Shown: in pieces, positions 14,618 through 29,262 of the stretch
How positions within the stretch are numbered: the first letter of the stretch is position 1
How the letters are laid out: every line of letters begins with the position of its first letter
Assembly: GCF_001194135.2 (NCBI RefSeq)
Contig: NC_068992.1
Location: 4,727,493 to 4,791,492 of the forward strand
Reading direction: 5' to 3'
DNA: 64,000 nt
DNA from: Octopus bimaculoides
Lineage: Eukaryota
Notes under the pieces: generated by a model
The model's database searches: none
Told to the model about the DNA's origin: nothing
Seen by the model: only the letters and a program-made list of their open reading frames with translations
Made by a program: the position numbers and the translations under genes

Positions 14618-15022
14618 GTATATCTGCGTCTTTCTCCCTGTACCCACTGAAATGTGCGCACATAGATACACAACGTTATAAATACATACTTTGTATGCCA
14701 TAAATCCGTTGCTCCACGCTCATTGGAAGTACAGATAATTTCAAGAAATCAAGAATTTATATTGCATGTTAACTAAGATACACTTATTATTCTTTGTTAT
14801 GCAAACACTTGTCAATTGCCATTCTGATTATTGATTTATTAGGGAATTCTAATTACTGAATTTAACGTGATCGACATATAATTCCGCCTAGCTTAGTTCT
14901 TCAGAATTAATTTAATTCTTTGACATTTTCGATTCTAGAGATAAATATTGGTGACAAAGAGATTAACGTAATATTCTCGCGTTAGAAGCTTAAATATATT
15001 TATTCATATTACTCTACAAAGC

Positions 15023-15066
<44 letters not shown>

Positions 15067-16099
15067 NNNNNNNNNNNNNNNNNNNNNNNNNNNNNNNNNN
15101 NNNNNNNNNNNNNNNNNNNNNNNNNNNNNNNNNNNNNNNNNNNNNNNNNNNNNNNNNNNNNNNNNNNNNNNNNNNNNNNNNNNNNNNNNNNNNNNNNNNN
15201 NNNNNNNNNNNNNNNNNNNNNNNNNNNNNNNNNNNNNNNNNNNNNNNNNNNNNNNNNNNNNNNNNNNNNNNNNNNNNNNNNNNNNNNNNNNNNNNNNNNT
15301 ATATATATATATATATATATGTTTGTGTATATGCTTGCTTCTATATATCTTTTTGCATGTGTGCATATGTACGCGTGTGTGTCTGTGTGCATGCGTGTGC
15401 GCGTGAGTAGGAGCGTGCGGTCGTCTTGGTGTGATATGTTCGCTTTATATATAGTTACTGTAAAGTCTCAGAAGATACGGTTCTGAAGTCGCATGGACAT
15501 AATTTTTAATTCCAGAAACCCTGTCTGGTTGTTTCTTATTTACGGTCCCTCTTTGGAATAGCAGCGAAGCATATGCAATAGCAACAAGAACACCATAAAT
15601 ACACTGTTTAACACAACTTCAATTTTTTTTTTTTCTTTGATCAATATGTGTTATATCCTATTTCCCTCTATATATTTTAATCAAAGGAAATGGCTACTAT
15701 CCCCTTCAAACTTTGTGACTGGGACATATAGAAAGAATAAAAAGTTTTGAACGGTACAACAATGCATTATAATACAAAAAATGGACTATATAGCCGTTGT
15801 AATTTAGTTATCTATAGTCCGATGATATTTCGCAATACAATCCCTTCTTCAGATATTCTTAGAGTTGCTGCTATGATCTGCTTTCCAACGGCTTTTATAG
15901 TGCATTATTTTACCATTCAAGACTTCTTATTCATTACAAACAATACACAATGCTGCAAGCGAACTACAATACTCTCCGGGATATACATGTTTTGAAACTT
16001 ACTTATTTCCCCTTACATTTCAGATTTAGCTTTGAGGTGCTGAAGCCAAAATATCGCTAAAGCAAATATTCTCCTAAATTCCACAGATTTGTTTGTCAG

Positions 16100-16222
16100 T
16101 TGTTTGTCCTTAACCAATTGAGCAAGCCGCTTAGCGGTTGAAAATGTGTGAATCTCTGATCATGAGCAGGAGTATTAGGGGAGGAACATAATCATGTGTT
16201 GAGAGTGTTTTGAGGTTTGAAT
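16100..16222 (+). repeat. Probable interspersed repeat fragment
   Basis: Resembles from memory a common Octopus repeat (...TCTCTGATCATGAGCAGGAG...GTGTTGAGAG...GGTTTGAATAA). It is single copy here, so it cannot be confirmed internally. Confidence 0.3.
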
Positions 16223-16624
16223 AAAAGTAATAAAAGCATTGTTTGAAGGAAATATCAGTCATAATACATTCTATGGCTGAGCAACCAGAAAATAGCTGAT
16301 GCTTCGCAAGGACAAAAGTCGTCTTACAGAGCCTTATTTAGTTTTATTCTGGGAATAGGATCAAGTAAGTTCTTGACAGTATATTTATCATTGTTCGGCT
16401 TTACTATTAGTTGTTCCCATTCAGTTTGCATAGGTACAACCAAACAGAGATGCCTCCACACACGTACGCACAAACAGGCACATGCACAAACACTCACACA
16501 CATCCATACGCATGCACACACACAGATACACATATATACATAGGTACAAACACACACACTCGCACACACACACACACATATATAAGCATACATGCATGCA
16601 TATTATGTGTGTACCACCAGCACG

Positions 16625-16758
<134 letters not shown>

Positions 16759-17186
16759 CACATACATAAATACATGTATACATATCAATATATGTGCACA
16801 TACATACATGCAATCATGCACAAAGTTACACACACATATAATTGAAATTCTTGTGGCTATATGCGTATAATTTTACGTCTTATGGATTACATTCTAACAC
16901 AACATGTAATATGTGACTGGAAATTTCCTCTTAGATGGAAACATGCAGAACTAGGTGTATACACGCATTATTGTAAATATAGCACGAATATCGTGTCATA
17001 AACATCCTCTTAAAATAAATTTACTTTAGAAACTGTAAGAGTTTTGAAATTGGATTTACAGTTAAGACTTCATCATGTTCCGTACTTCAACGAATATATG
17101 TGTCACAGTAAATTATAAAGTGTCGAATTTAGAAGGAATAAATTTAATTTGGTAAACCAGGGAATTTTTGATAGATCGGACTAAAT

Positions 17187-17460
<274 letters not shown>

Positions 17461-17545
17461 ATTAGTATGATATTTCTAGATTTACAAAGCCTAATATTTC
17501 GTGGGAGTGATATAGTCAATTATAAGATATAGTCAATTACACACA

Positions 17546-17580
<35 letters not shown>

Positions 17581-17597
17581 GTATATATATGTGTGTG

Positions 17598-17633
<36 letters not shown>

Positions 17634-18870
17634 CTTTGTCAGTGTGTATGTGCTTCTGTGTGAGTGTATGTGTAGGAGCGTGTGAGCTTGTGTTTATTTG
17701 CATGTGTGTGTGCACGTGTGTATGCAAAGTGTAAGTAGTGCAAGAGTGGGTTTGTGTTTTTCATTGTTGGTGCGCGTACAAAAATTTTTTTAGGTAACAA
17801 AATTTGAATATGCGAACATGTTCACAATTTCATTCTGGCACATTTTAGTCGAAAAATGGAAGAAAGTGTGTTAGAATATGAATATGAAATGCAATGTAAA
17901 CACAGAAATGATATAAGTAACATGGAGGTATTAAAAATAGCTCTTTACTAAGAATGTTACATATGGAATTCGGTTAACTTCTTCCCTAGATTTTTGAAAG
18001 TAGGTCTTCACTAAAAATGTTATATATTTAAATCGATCAATTTTTTTTTTCCAATAGATTTCGGAATTTACGTTGCGTATTGATCTATCTTTGAATGGTT
18101 TATTCTATGTTCGCCTTTTAACTTGTAACGATTGAAAACAAGGTTAATGTGAAAAAGAATAAAACCACGCGGAAAAATAACAAATATGAAATGCAATAAA
18201 TGTGATCACTAACTTTGAAGAGGTGCCCATTGAATTTTTGCAATTGCGATATACCAAATCGTGAACACTTACACGAAAAGCAGTCTTCAACGGTGTTTGA
18301 CTTCCTATTTGATGCGAGATTTATTCCTGTGTATAGGAGATTGTAATATAAAGATGAAGAAAACAATACATAAACTATAGGAAGTTATCTAAACGTGCAA
18401 GAATTATCTCCAATTACTAGTCCTTTATAATTCCGCATCAAAGGAAATTACATTGCGACAACAGACGATCTGCAGAAAAAAAACCCTGATTTATGTATTG
18501 GGAAGATTCATATATTGCAGTCCTTCTCTTTCCCGCTCTCTCCCTCTCCTTCCTTTTCTTTCGTTCGTTCTTTCCTTCTTCTTTCATTCTTTCTTTCTCT
18601 CTGTCCTTCCTTCCTTTACTTCTGTCTTTCTTTCTTTTTCTCTGTATCCACAAGCATGTATTATCATGAAAAATACACATGTATGTGTATGCTTGTACGC
18701 ATATATGTATGCATACATATATGCGTGTGTGTATCTAATATAATAAACGCGGAAAACTAATTTCTGTATTTCACTGTTTCACACTTGGACCCCGTCCCTT
18801 ATTCAATGACACGTCCAGCATTCCTCGGGCTGGTGTCAGGTTATTAGCACCGATGGTGAATGTGGTAGCG

Positions 18871-18920
<50 letters not shown>

Positions 18921-19570
18921 NNNNNNNNNNNNNNNNNNNNNNNNNNNNNNNNNNNNNNNNNNNNNNNNNNNNNNNNNNNNNNNNNNNNNNNNNNNNNNNN
19001 NNNNNNNNNNNNNNNNNNNNNNNNNNNNNNNNNNNNNNNNNNNNNNNNNNNNNNNNNNNNNNNNNNNNNNNNNNNNNNNNNNNNNNNNNNNNNNNNNNNN
19101 NNNNNNNNNNNNNNNNNNNNNNNNNNNNNNNNNNNNNNNNNNNNNNNNNNNNNNNNNNNNNNNNNNNNNNNNNNNNNNNNNNNNNNNNNGTGTGTGTGTG
19201 TGTGTGTGTGTGTGTGTGACAGAGAAAGAGAGAGAAGTTAGGAGTGAGAGAGGGAGACATGGAGAGGAAGCGATGTCTGTGTATTTCAGTTTTCGTGTAC
19301 GCCTTACTACGTATAGTTGCCATCGTCTGTTGGTAATTGGTTAAATGTTATGAACTGCAGAGTCTGATATGAATGTGAAGATGCAGAGAAGATTCACCTT
19401 TTTTAACATTTCGGTGTGATGTAAGTATAACATTTGAAAAGGCATCGCACTGGAAAAAAATGTGACATTAATGTTGAAAGCTAGTTTGCGTCGAGTACGC
19501 GATTTGTATTGACTCGATTTAATATTGTTAAACATTTTTCGTCGATTTTTTTTCTGGCAGTTATACTTAC

Positions 19571-19651
19571 CAGACGAGTCAAAGTTTAGTATTTCTCTTT
19601 GTAGTTGAATTTTAGCGTATATGTAGTATTTCATAGCAAGATAAAATGCAC
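19571..19651 (-). CDS. Candidate internal exon, 81 nt, phase 1-1 (GAFYLAMKYYIYAKIQLQREILNFDSS)
   Basis: Minus strand TTCTTTTATCACAAAATTTAG|GTGC...TCTG|GTAAGTAT: consensus donor and an open frame. No recognised homology. Confidence 0.3.
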
Positions 19652-20282
19652 CTAAATTTTGTGATAAAAGAATATTGTACAGAATTAAGTTAATTAAAAC
19701 AAATAGAGCAGTTATTGTGTGTATCTAGTTGTGTTGTTTTATATTGAAACTTAAGTTCCGTGTAATTGTTTATATGTTGGTTGATAAGCTGATAAAATTA
19801 ATTTCTTTAAAAAACAATATTAAAATAACGGAAAGTAAAAATATGAAAATGTTGGTGCGGTTTGTAGCATAAAATGTTTAATTCTATAACGGGATACACA
19901 GAGAGAAAAAAAGCGGGAGACTTTGAAAAAGAATGAAACACAAGCATTGTATATTGTCTGGTATTTAAATGTAGGAATTTGAAGTGGTAAATTTAAAAGA
20001 CCTAGATTAGATATTATAAATGGAATACCCTTTGCATGATATTACATTAAATGCAATGAAATTAAGAACAAAATTGGAATTGTTGAAATACTGAACTTGA
20101 TTTCTTGATATTGTTAGAAATGTACTGAGATATTCATTTAGATAAATGTCTCTTAAAATATGTGGCTGGTGTTGTGTGACATGTTCTGAGTTAGATTTAG
20201 TATGATACTATTTTAAACATGCACAGAAACGATTTTAAATTAGAATAGATTGTATCTTCTACAACATTGTAAATGAGACTTA

Positions 20283-20477
20283 TAAGTATTCTTTTTTTTT
20301 TCTCTACACTAGGCCAAAGGCCCGAAATATTGGGAGAGGGGGTCAGTCGATTAGATCGAACCCAATACGCAAATGATACTTACTTAATAAACTCCGAGAG
20401 GATGAAAGGCAAAGTCGACTTCGGCAGAATTTGAACTCAGAACACAAAGACAAATGAAATACTGCTAAGCATTTCGG
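20283..20477 (-). mobile_element. SINE family A, 5'-truncated, 9-bp TSD
   Basis: Reverse homology to family A; TGAGACTTA at 20274-20282 and 20478-20486. Confidence 0.88.
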
Positions 20478-20812
20478 TGAGACTTACTTACAAATATTAG
20501 CAGATGACACGTGTTTCGTAACATGGTTTGTTATTAATATAAGTTTGATTATATTAATAAGAATCTGACAGCAAGATATCGCAAAGTTCGAATTATTAAC
20601 CTGTGGCGTTTCAACAAAAAGTTTCACAATACATATTTATCTATTAAGTATTAATTCGTTCATCCGGTTCTCCATACACTCGTGCGCACACACGCACACA
20701 CACAATGACATATATGTACAAATACACACACACACACGCACACAAACACATATATATATATATAGAGAGAGAGACATACATGCACATATGTGTATATATT
20801 TATAAGCATGAA

Positions 20813-20869
<57 letters not shown>

Positions 20870-20910
20870 GTGTGTGTGTGTGTGTGTGTGTGTGTGGTTG
20901 TGTGTCTACG

Positions 20911-21079
20911 TGTGTGTTCCCCAACATCGCTTGACAACCGATGCTGGTGTGTTTACGTCCCGTAGCTTAGTGGTTTGGCAAAAGAGGCCGATAGAATAAG
21001 TACTAGGCTTACAAAGAATAAGTCCTGGGGTCGATTAGCTCGACTAAAATGCGGTGCTCCAGCATGGCCACAGTCAAAT
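20911..21079 (+). mobile_element. SINE/retroposon family D fragment
   Basis: CCCCAACATCGCTTGACAACCGATG...GATAGAATAAGTACTAGGCTTACAAAGAATAAGTCCTGGGGTCGAT...CAGCATGGCCACAGTCAAAT; a reverse-strand homolog lies at 28566-28765. Confidence 0.82.
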
Positions 21080-23336
21080 AATTATATGTAATGCTTCCAC
21101 AACATAAACTACGTGCCTTGGCATCACAAATCACATTTTCTCTCCAGGTAAAATTTGTTAATTTTCAAGAGGCTTAAAAACAGAGTTACAGATCTTTAGT
21201 GATTTATACCGTCTTCTTCTGGTCAATATACTTTTATAATTAATAGCTATATAGACACTGGAGTTCATACAAAGATTTATTCCTTATCTTCTTAAGTGAA
21301 TTATATATACCGTTGATATTGATTACCATTAGCGTATGAAACAATTAATTTCTTCAAATTTATTGAGATATTCTAAAGTAAAGAGCGGACTGATCTCTTC
21401 AATCGATACGATGATATTAAAAGACAATTAATGCTATTAATTCGCTCGATACAAATAGCTAGTTATTAATAATATTACACGATACAACTCAGTTGAATGT
21501 TCTAAGGTGAATGAGATTCTATGCTAAAGACCAACTTATGTGAATAGCATGGAAACATTTAATGAAATTAAATATCGCTTTCCTTGCAACCAGAAATAAA
21601 ATGCTGCCTTGGTTCGGGAAGAAGGATGGTAAGCTCTGATGCAATGTATCCCCCGAAGGCATCTATGACGTAAACGGAATGAAATGTCTCTGACCGAAAT
21701 CAGAAACCGCAGTGAATAATTCACTTGCCTACAGCTTATTCCTCCATCCTCATTACGTGGACGTAAATATTTGATTCATAATTAGGGAATGCTCTAGGGA
21801 ACAGGAAATTAGATATGTTGATACTTTTGTGCAATTCACTGAAGACCAAACGGCTTGAAATATCTTGAACAGGCAGTTTGAAAATGCTCGTCAGTAAATA
21901 TCAGCCCATATAAGTTAATATAACCATAAAAGAGCAGACATGTCACGGGTCTGTCTTATATTCGTAGTACAGTATTATATGAGACACGTTGTCGCTAGAA
22001 ATAATGATTTTTGATGTAGTCACATGGCCAGCAATTCTGGGCAGAGAGTGATTTAGTCTATTGTATCACCCACCCCCAACAGGACTGACACACTGTTGAT
22101 CACAGCAAGTTTTGAGTTAAAAATATAAATTGATGGTACAAATACCGAGTTGCATATATTTTCGATCCATTAACGATTCTGTCACCAGCTATCTTGTTGC
22201 TTGTAATATCACTTATGGCTATTACAATCATCTTCCTACATAAAGTTGCTTTTTTTTTCTTATTTAACGTGGCAGCAGATATTCAATTCTGCTAATGTCA
22301 CCCAATTTTTCATAATTACGTATGCCATTCCAATAATATTGTTCAAGTGCAGGTGTTATATTTAATCAAATAACTTGTTTGTTACAATTTATTAATTTGT
22401 GCTACGATTCCTACCCACCATGATCAAATTTTATCTGTGTGGGGGGTTAAAATGATTACTAACCAAATACTGAATTCGATTTATCGACTTTTTCTTCTGG
22501 CAAAATGTCTTTACTGAGCTAATGATAGGAATCAATATTAAAAGAGAGACTGAATTTAAACTGAAATTACGGTATTGACATAATCTATTGCAGACGCCAT
22601 ACATAATATGCACATGTACCTATAACACAACACGTAGTGGGTGAAACAGTAATGATTCCAGTGCCAAGAAGTCGTCAACATGTTAGCGAATCATATAAAT
22701 ACATCCAAGTATTTACGTAAAATGTTCTGATTTCAATTGTCACCAGGTTCGATTCTTGTATTTGACCTCCACCAGCACCATCGCAGGTGACAAATCATGT
22801 ACCAGTGAAGATCTACTATCCCTTTAATCGTCGCTCCTCAAACAAATTGTGCGCTTCTGAGTAAATGTAATATAAGAATTTTGAATAGTGTGTACATTTG
22901 CCATTGTATTCAAATCGGAATTATATCAAGTATCATATTCATAGATGTGTAAATAGTTTCGACCAACATTCATAACAGGAACAATTGTTAACTCGGCAAG
23001 CCAGTGACAATTACCTAATATTTATATTAAAGCAATACATGAACATGCCCATTGAAAGTTATACACACAATTTTTACGATATTTTATGGAGATTTTCGTA
23101 TGTTATTTATTGGAATGGCTGCTCCGTTTAGAATATTGTTTGGATTTCTGTTTTAATAGTGTACTACGATCAATCGCAGAGTGAAGCCATATCACTTCAA
23201 TGAAACCAAATCGATTCATCTTATACTAATATATACACAATACAATTCTATTCCTACAATGTATTAAATATATGGTTATCTAAAGATATAATGTGAACAC
23301 AAAGCATGTGATAATGTAATATGTATAGTTATTTAA

Positions 23337-23543
23337 GGCGGGGAGCTGGCAGAAACATTAGCACGCCGGGCGAAACGCTTAGCGGTATTTCGTCTGTCTT
23401 TATGTTCTGAGTTCAAATTCCGCCGAGGTCAACTTTGCCTTTCATCCTTTCGGGGTCGATATATTAAGTTACGAACTGGGATCGATCTAATCGACTGGCT
23501 CCATCCCCCAAATTTTCGGGCCTTCTACCTAGAGAAGAAAAGA
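23337..23543 (+). mobile_element. SINE family A, full length with decayed TSD
   Basis: Homology to family A; flanks ATATGTATAGTTATTT (23319-23334) and ACATATATAGATATTT (23544-23559) match at 13/16. Confidence 0.9.
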
Positions 23544-25408
23544 ACATATATAGATATTTTATTAGTGAAAAGTAAAATGAAACCTTCATAAAATAGTATG
23601 TTATTTCTATGAGACACTTTTCCAAATAGAAGATTTAAAGTTAAATACACCATTTGAGAATGATATTTTAGCGAATTTCACATTGGATCTCTAGTTTAAC
23701 AGATCCAGCAGAACTAAATTCCAATAGAATATATGCTGGGATTTTTACTTTAATAAGGAAGTAAGGAAGACACTAATGTTAGTATTGTTTTAAGTCTATT
23801 TCTAGTTAGCATATTAACATTTTCTCCATTAATATAACATCCATTTGTTGTTGTTGAATCCTCTGAGATACGTCAGTTCTAAAAAAGAAAAAAAAAAGTT
23901 TTCACTTGGCTGATGCTAGGGATTTCCTGAACACTAGTTCACCAAGTAAAATGAAATCTATGCAACGCTAATAATGTTATTGCTAATCGCTTGTTTTGAC
24001 TAAAATCATAGTAATATACAAATGATTTGTGATTAGGGCTCAAAGGAAAAGTAACTGAGACAGTTCAATTGATGAAATTCAGTCAGTTACTTGCATAGTT
24101 GGATATATTATTAACCATTTCCAGATGGAATGGAAATTTGAAGTCGAAAGATCTTCATCTCACAGTGTTTAGAATAACATTACGGAAAATTTCATTCATA
24201 GTTCAAAGATTTCATGTTGCAGGAGCAGAAAAGCAACTTGACGCATAACTTGCGAAATCAGGAAGTGTGCTCTGAAAAAGGAGACTGAAACAGACATCGG
24301 ACTATTACGAGACTATATTTCTCCGATTGGATAAGATTCAAGATATGGCACATTTCCCTTCAATATCTTGACAAAAAACAAACAAACTAAACCAAAGAAA
24401 TTATGGATGAACGAAACAATATATATATATGTATANNNNNNNNNNNNNNNNNNNNNNNNNNNNNNNNNNNNNNNNNNNNNNNNNNNNNNNNNNNNNNNNN
24501 NNNNNNNNNNNNNNNNNNNNNNNNNNNNNNNNNNNNNNNNNNNNNNNNNNNNNNNNNNNNNNNNNNNNNNNNNNNNNNNNNNNNNNNNNNNNNNNNNNNN
24601 NNNNNNNNNNNNNNNNNNNNNNNNNNNNNNNNNNNNNNAGATCTTGCAGGGACCTGACTATTTGGAATGGTTGGTTTTGTCAAAAAGAGACACAAACATG
24701 GAGCAAGCCATGAGCTTGTAGTTGAAATGAAGCAAATCTACATTTAATAACTTTCGACGGAAATGTGTTCCAAAATATTGTTCATTGATTATGCAGAGAG
24801 CCTGTGTTCAGAATAGATTATTGATATTGTTGAGAAGATTAGCGTATTGAGTGAGCAATCAAATATTTATTAAATTAATACTCAGTTAAAGATATCGAAG
24901 ATACTACATAATAACGATTAAGCCACTGAGGTAATTTGTCCATTATTTGATAATTCTATTCTCAAAAGCAAAAGTTACACGTTCACTCAGTTATAATATA
25001 AGACATTTAAAAGAAAATATCTGATCAAAATATTACTTCTAAGATAGTTGGCAATAAGTTAAAGTGAGTAAAAAATCCTCAAAACAAATCTAAACAAAAT
25101 ACTTTAGTCATATATTTAATGCGTGACTTGATTCTAAATGCTACTGATTGAAATAAAAAGAAATATTTCTCAAAATATATTTCATCTTTCAGAGAGAGAG
25201 ACATTAAATGTGTCGATCGTCTGTCGTAGATCAACACAGCGTTTCATTGATAAGATTTAGTCCAGCCAGCGAATGTTTTGTCATACGCACGCTCGGAGAC
25301 GTAGAAACAAAAACACTCATAGTGAGAAAGATATTATTATATATATACATACATACACATACCAACACACACATACATACGTACAGAGACACGCAGGCGC
25401 ACACACAG

Positions 25409-25410
25409 AT

Positions 25411-25460
<50 letters not shown>
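25409..25460. repeat. (AGAT)n microsatellite
   Basis: Direct reading. Confidence 0.96.
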
Positions 25461-25464
<4 letters not shown>

Positions 25465-25918
25465 GGATAGATATAGATATTGGTATTCACACATATTTTC
25501 GGTTGGAAACCAGTAAAAGAATAAGTGAATAGAAATTAGAGATTCACACGTGTGCATTCATATATACATGTATGCATATATATATATATANNNNNNNNNN
25601 NNNNNNNNNNNNNNNNNNNNNNNNNNNNNNNNNNNNNNNNNNNNNNNNNNNNNNNNNNNNNNNNNNNNNNNNNNNNNNNNNNNNNNNNNNNNNNNNNNNN
25701 NNNNNNNNNNNNNNNNNNNNNNNNNNNNNNNNNNNNNNNNNNNNNNNNNNNNNNNNNNNNNNNNNNNNNNNNNNNNNNNNNNNNNNNNNNNNNNNNNNNN
25801 NNNNNNNNNNNNNNNNNNNNNNNNNNNNNNNNNNNNNNNNNNNNNNNNNNNNNNNNNNNNNNNNNNNNNNNNNNNNNNNNNNNNNNNNNNNNNNNNNNNN
25901 NNNNNNNNNNNNNNNNNN

Positions 25919-25989
<71 letters not shown>

Positions 25990-26809
25990 CACATACACAT
26001 GTATGTGTGTGGGTGAGAGAGAGAGACTGAAATAAATTTTCATGTATTGGTGGGAAATAGAGCATATCAGTGAGTGAGGAATTTCATAAATATCGATTTA
26101 GATTAATTCTACATTAATATAAACTTTGGATTATGATATTTATATTGTTTTTAGACAAAATGTTCAGTAGTTACCTTCGGGAACAATCATTGTGATAAAC
26201 AGTGTCTTTATTTGTTTGTGCACCAAGTAAATATCGAACATAGAACTATAAATGTTATGAAGGTCTTGTCACGGTTGACTTAGAAGTTGCAGGTAGACAT
26301 GGCGAATCTTATTCGTATCAGGTTTTGGTAGATCTTGCAATAAACATGCAGACCAAAATGTCGATTATGCCGCATTTCTGAGGAAAGCATCACCCTCGCG
26401 ATCAGCAGGTATCACAAAATTCTCATCAAGTTACTAACTCTCAACGCAACACGATATTGCCACTAAAGCGATATATAATGTAATCCGCAAAATAAGACCA
26501 CCAAGATATGTATCGAGGAAATACATGTCATTGAACACATAAAAATTATCGTGAAGAATATTGACGGTACATTCCCATTTATGATCTTTAGATTCTTATA
26601 TTTCTTAATATCACATTAACATAGACCGTCATCTTCAGCAATTCTCAATCAAATAGGTGTAAAATGCGTCTCCAAATATTTCCAAAGTAGTAATAATAAA
26701 ATCAAACCAACCAGGTAGTGATGTTTTGAAATAATTTACTACATCCGCTTCGGCTTTGTGTAAAATATAGATCATCTATTACACAAATCTTCCTCATATG
26801 TGTATGTGT

Positions 26810-26844
<35 letters not shown>

Positions 26845-27095
26845 TGCGAATGCGCAGTGGGTGTAAATGTGCGTTGGGTGTTATTAGGTACGGCTAGAAT
26901 TAAGTTTGACTAAATATTTTATAGTTATATGAAAATCATATGCCCAAATTTAAATGAGATAGAGAATATCATTATTGTAATTGTGTAACGAATTATTAAT
27001 TATGCTACGCCCATCGCCATATTCAAGATATTTAATTCTACAACATTAAATGTAAACTGTATAATGGTAAAGGGGAAAACATATGTTTATATATT

Positions 27096-27312
27096 CTTTT
27101 CTACGCTAGGCACAAGGCCTGAAATTTTGGGGAGGGGCCTAGTATATTAAATGGACCCCAGTACGCACGCAACTGATATTTAATTTATCGAACCCGAAAG
27201 GATGAAAGGCAAAGTCGACTTCGGCGGAATTTGAACTTAGAACGTAAAGACAGACGAAATACTGCTAAGGATTTCGTCCAGCGTGCTAACGTTTCTGTCA
27301 GCCCGCCACCTT
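27096..27312 (-). mobile_element. SINE family A, full length with 16-bp TSD
   Basis: Reverse homology; CATATGTTTATATATT (27080-27095) and CATACGTTTATATATT (27313-27328) match at 15/16. Confidence 0.93.
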
Positions 27313-27704
27313 CATACGTTTATATATTAACATGTGAATGCTAGTCATTTAAGTTTGAAGGTTATTGTGGTCAAATGAATAGAAATCTACATTGCATTCA
27401 AATCAGAAATTGCACAAAAACTCACTCTAAATATATCGCTGAAGCCATCTATAGACGTTGATGGATATGCAACAATAATGTTATTTGATGAACAAGGTAT
27501 GGGTAGTGCTTATTAACAACTGCCGAAAGATTTCATAGCTAAGAATTGTTGACGTTTGTATTTCTATTCATTCTGTAGCGGATGAATAGAAATTCGGGAA
27601 CAAAGGATTTGACGTGACGACGTTTGGAATGTATATAATAATACAAATTTCAAAATGTGATAACGAGTTATATCAGCAGTAACGATACACAGAGAATATT
27701 CATT

Positions 27705-27735
<31 letters not shown>

Positions 27736-27788
27736 AATATATGCACACACACACACACNNNNNNNNNNACACACACACACAAATATAT

Positions 27789-27827
<39 letters not shown>

Positions 27828-28097
27828 CACACACACAAATTGTACTATGGCAAGGGCTTAAGCATTTGTGATGTGACATGGGGGTTGACGGAAATAACAG
27901 CAAACGTATCTCTTTTATTTGTTCAGCGGCCGTGCAAAGGACACTACTTCCAAGTGTGTTTCACCTGGTGTTTAGGTTTCAATATTCCAATCTATATAAA
28001 CAGAAATTTCAATTTTGGTAAGCATTAATTTGATTTCTTCGGATCATTTGTATATTTATTTCTCTATCTACATACACATAATATAGGTAATAAATAA

Positions 28098-28306
28098 AGT
28101 GGCAAGCTGGTAGAATTCTTTGTATGCCAGGTAAAATGATTAGCTGTGTTGCATCCCTCCTTACATTCTGAGTTCAAGTCCGCTGATGTCGACAATGCCT
28201 TTATTCCTTTCGGGGTCGTTAAAATAGATACCAGTTAATCACTAGTGTCAAAGTAATAATCGTATTCCCTTCCGCTTCTCACCTTGTACTACCGTTCGAA
28301 ATCAAT
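28098..28306 (+). mobile_element. SINE family A, old and diverged
   Basis: TTACATTCTGAGTTCAAGTCCGCTGATGTCGAC...ATTCCTTTCGGGGTCG...ACCAGT matches the family A body. Confidence 0.75.
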
Positions 28307-28565
28307 ATATGTAATATGTGCAAAAATAAATAATGTAGGGATGCTGTATCGGGATTAGATAACACAAAGTATAACTCTGAAATTAAATTGCTACACCCAG
28401 AAATTGAAATGCTGGTGTTGTGGCAAGAAATCTATCAGAAGGAATAAAAATGAAAACTAGAATTTAGTCCTCCGATTACAAATCCCTGATCGAGGTTTAG
28501 CTTTGTACCATATATCAGTATAGACATCGATATATATGAGTTGCGTATATAAATTAAATATTCAT

Positions 28566-28765
28566 ATTCTTTTACTCTTTTATTTGTTTCAGTCATTTTG
28601 ACTGCGGCCATGCGGGAGCACTACCTTTAGTCGAACAAATAGACCTCAGGATTTATTCGTTGTAAGCCTAGTACATATTCTATCAGTCTCTTTGCAGAGC
28701 TGCCGAATTATGGGGTATGGTAACACACCATCATCGGTTGTCAAACGATGTTTGGGCGGGACAAA
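28566..28765 (-). mobile_element. SINE/retroposon family D with (TTTTAC)-type tail
   Basis: Reverse homolog of 20911-21079, plus tail TTCTTTTACTCTTTTATTTGTTTCAGTCATTTTGACTGCGGCCATG. Confidence 0.85.
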
Positions 28766-29134
28766 TACAGACACATAAATATATACANNNNNNNNNNNNN
28801 NNNNNNNNNNNNNNNNNNNNNNNNNNNNNNNNNNNNNNNNNNNNNNNNNNNNNNNNNNNNNNNNNNNNNNNNNNNNNNNNNNNNNNNNNNNNNNNNNNNN
28901 NNNNNNNNNNNNNNNNNNNNNNNNNNNNNNNNNNNNNNNNNNNNNNNNNNNNNNNNNNNNNNNNNNNNNNNNNNNNNNNNNNNNNNNNNNNNNNNNNNNN
29001 NNNNNNNNNNNNNNNNNNNNNNNNNNNNNNNNNNNNNNNNNNNNNNNNNNNNNNNNNNNNNNNNNNNNNNNNNNNNNNNNNNNNNNNNNNNNNNNNNNNN
29101 NNNNNNNNNNNNNNNNNNNNNNNNNNNNNNNNNN

Positions 29135-29262
29135 TTTCCGTCTACCAAATCCACTCACAAGACACTTCCCCAAGGTACAACGCAGTTAGATACCACGCAG
29201 TTAGGATCGAACCCAGAAACATGTAGTTGCTAAGCAAGCTACTTACCACACAGCCACTCCTG
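29135..29262 (-). mobile_element. SINE family C with internal deletion, truncated by an N gap
   Basis: Reverse head CAGGAGTGGCTGTGTGGTAAGTAGCTTGCT... and 3' part TTGTGAGTGGATTTGGTAGACGGAAA. Confidence 0.85.

Noticed and set aside
20491-20567. Minus-strand exon candidate with a GTAAGT donor
   Set aside because: The donor overlaps the TSD of the adjacent SINE and the peptide is low-complexity.
22745-22760. GGTTCGATTC B-box as a possible tRNA gene
   Set aside because: There is no A-box and no cloverleaf; all other tRNA-like heads in the window belong to SINEs.
26175-26245. Minus-strand exon candidate, 71 nt
   Set aside because: It is open in two frames with an ordinary acceptor, which illustrates how easily chance exons arise here.
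27700-27830. Repeated CACAAATATATGCACAC block
   Set aside because: It flanks a 10-N gap and is most likely unmerged contig overlap.
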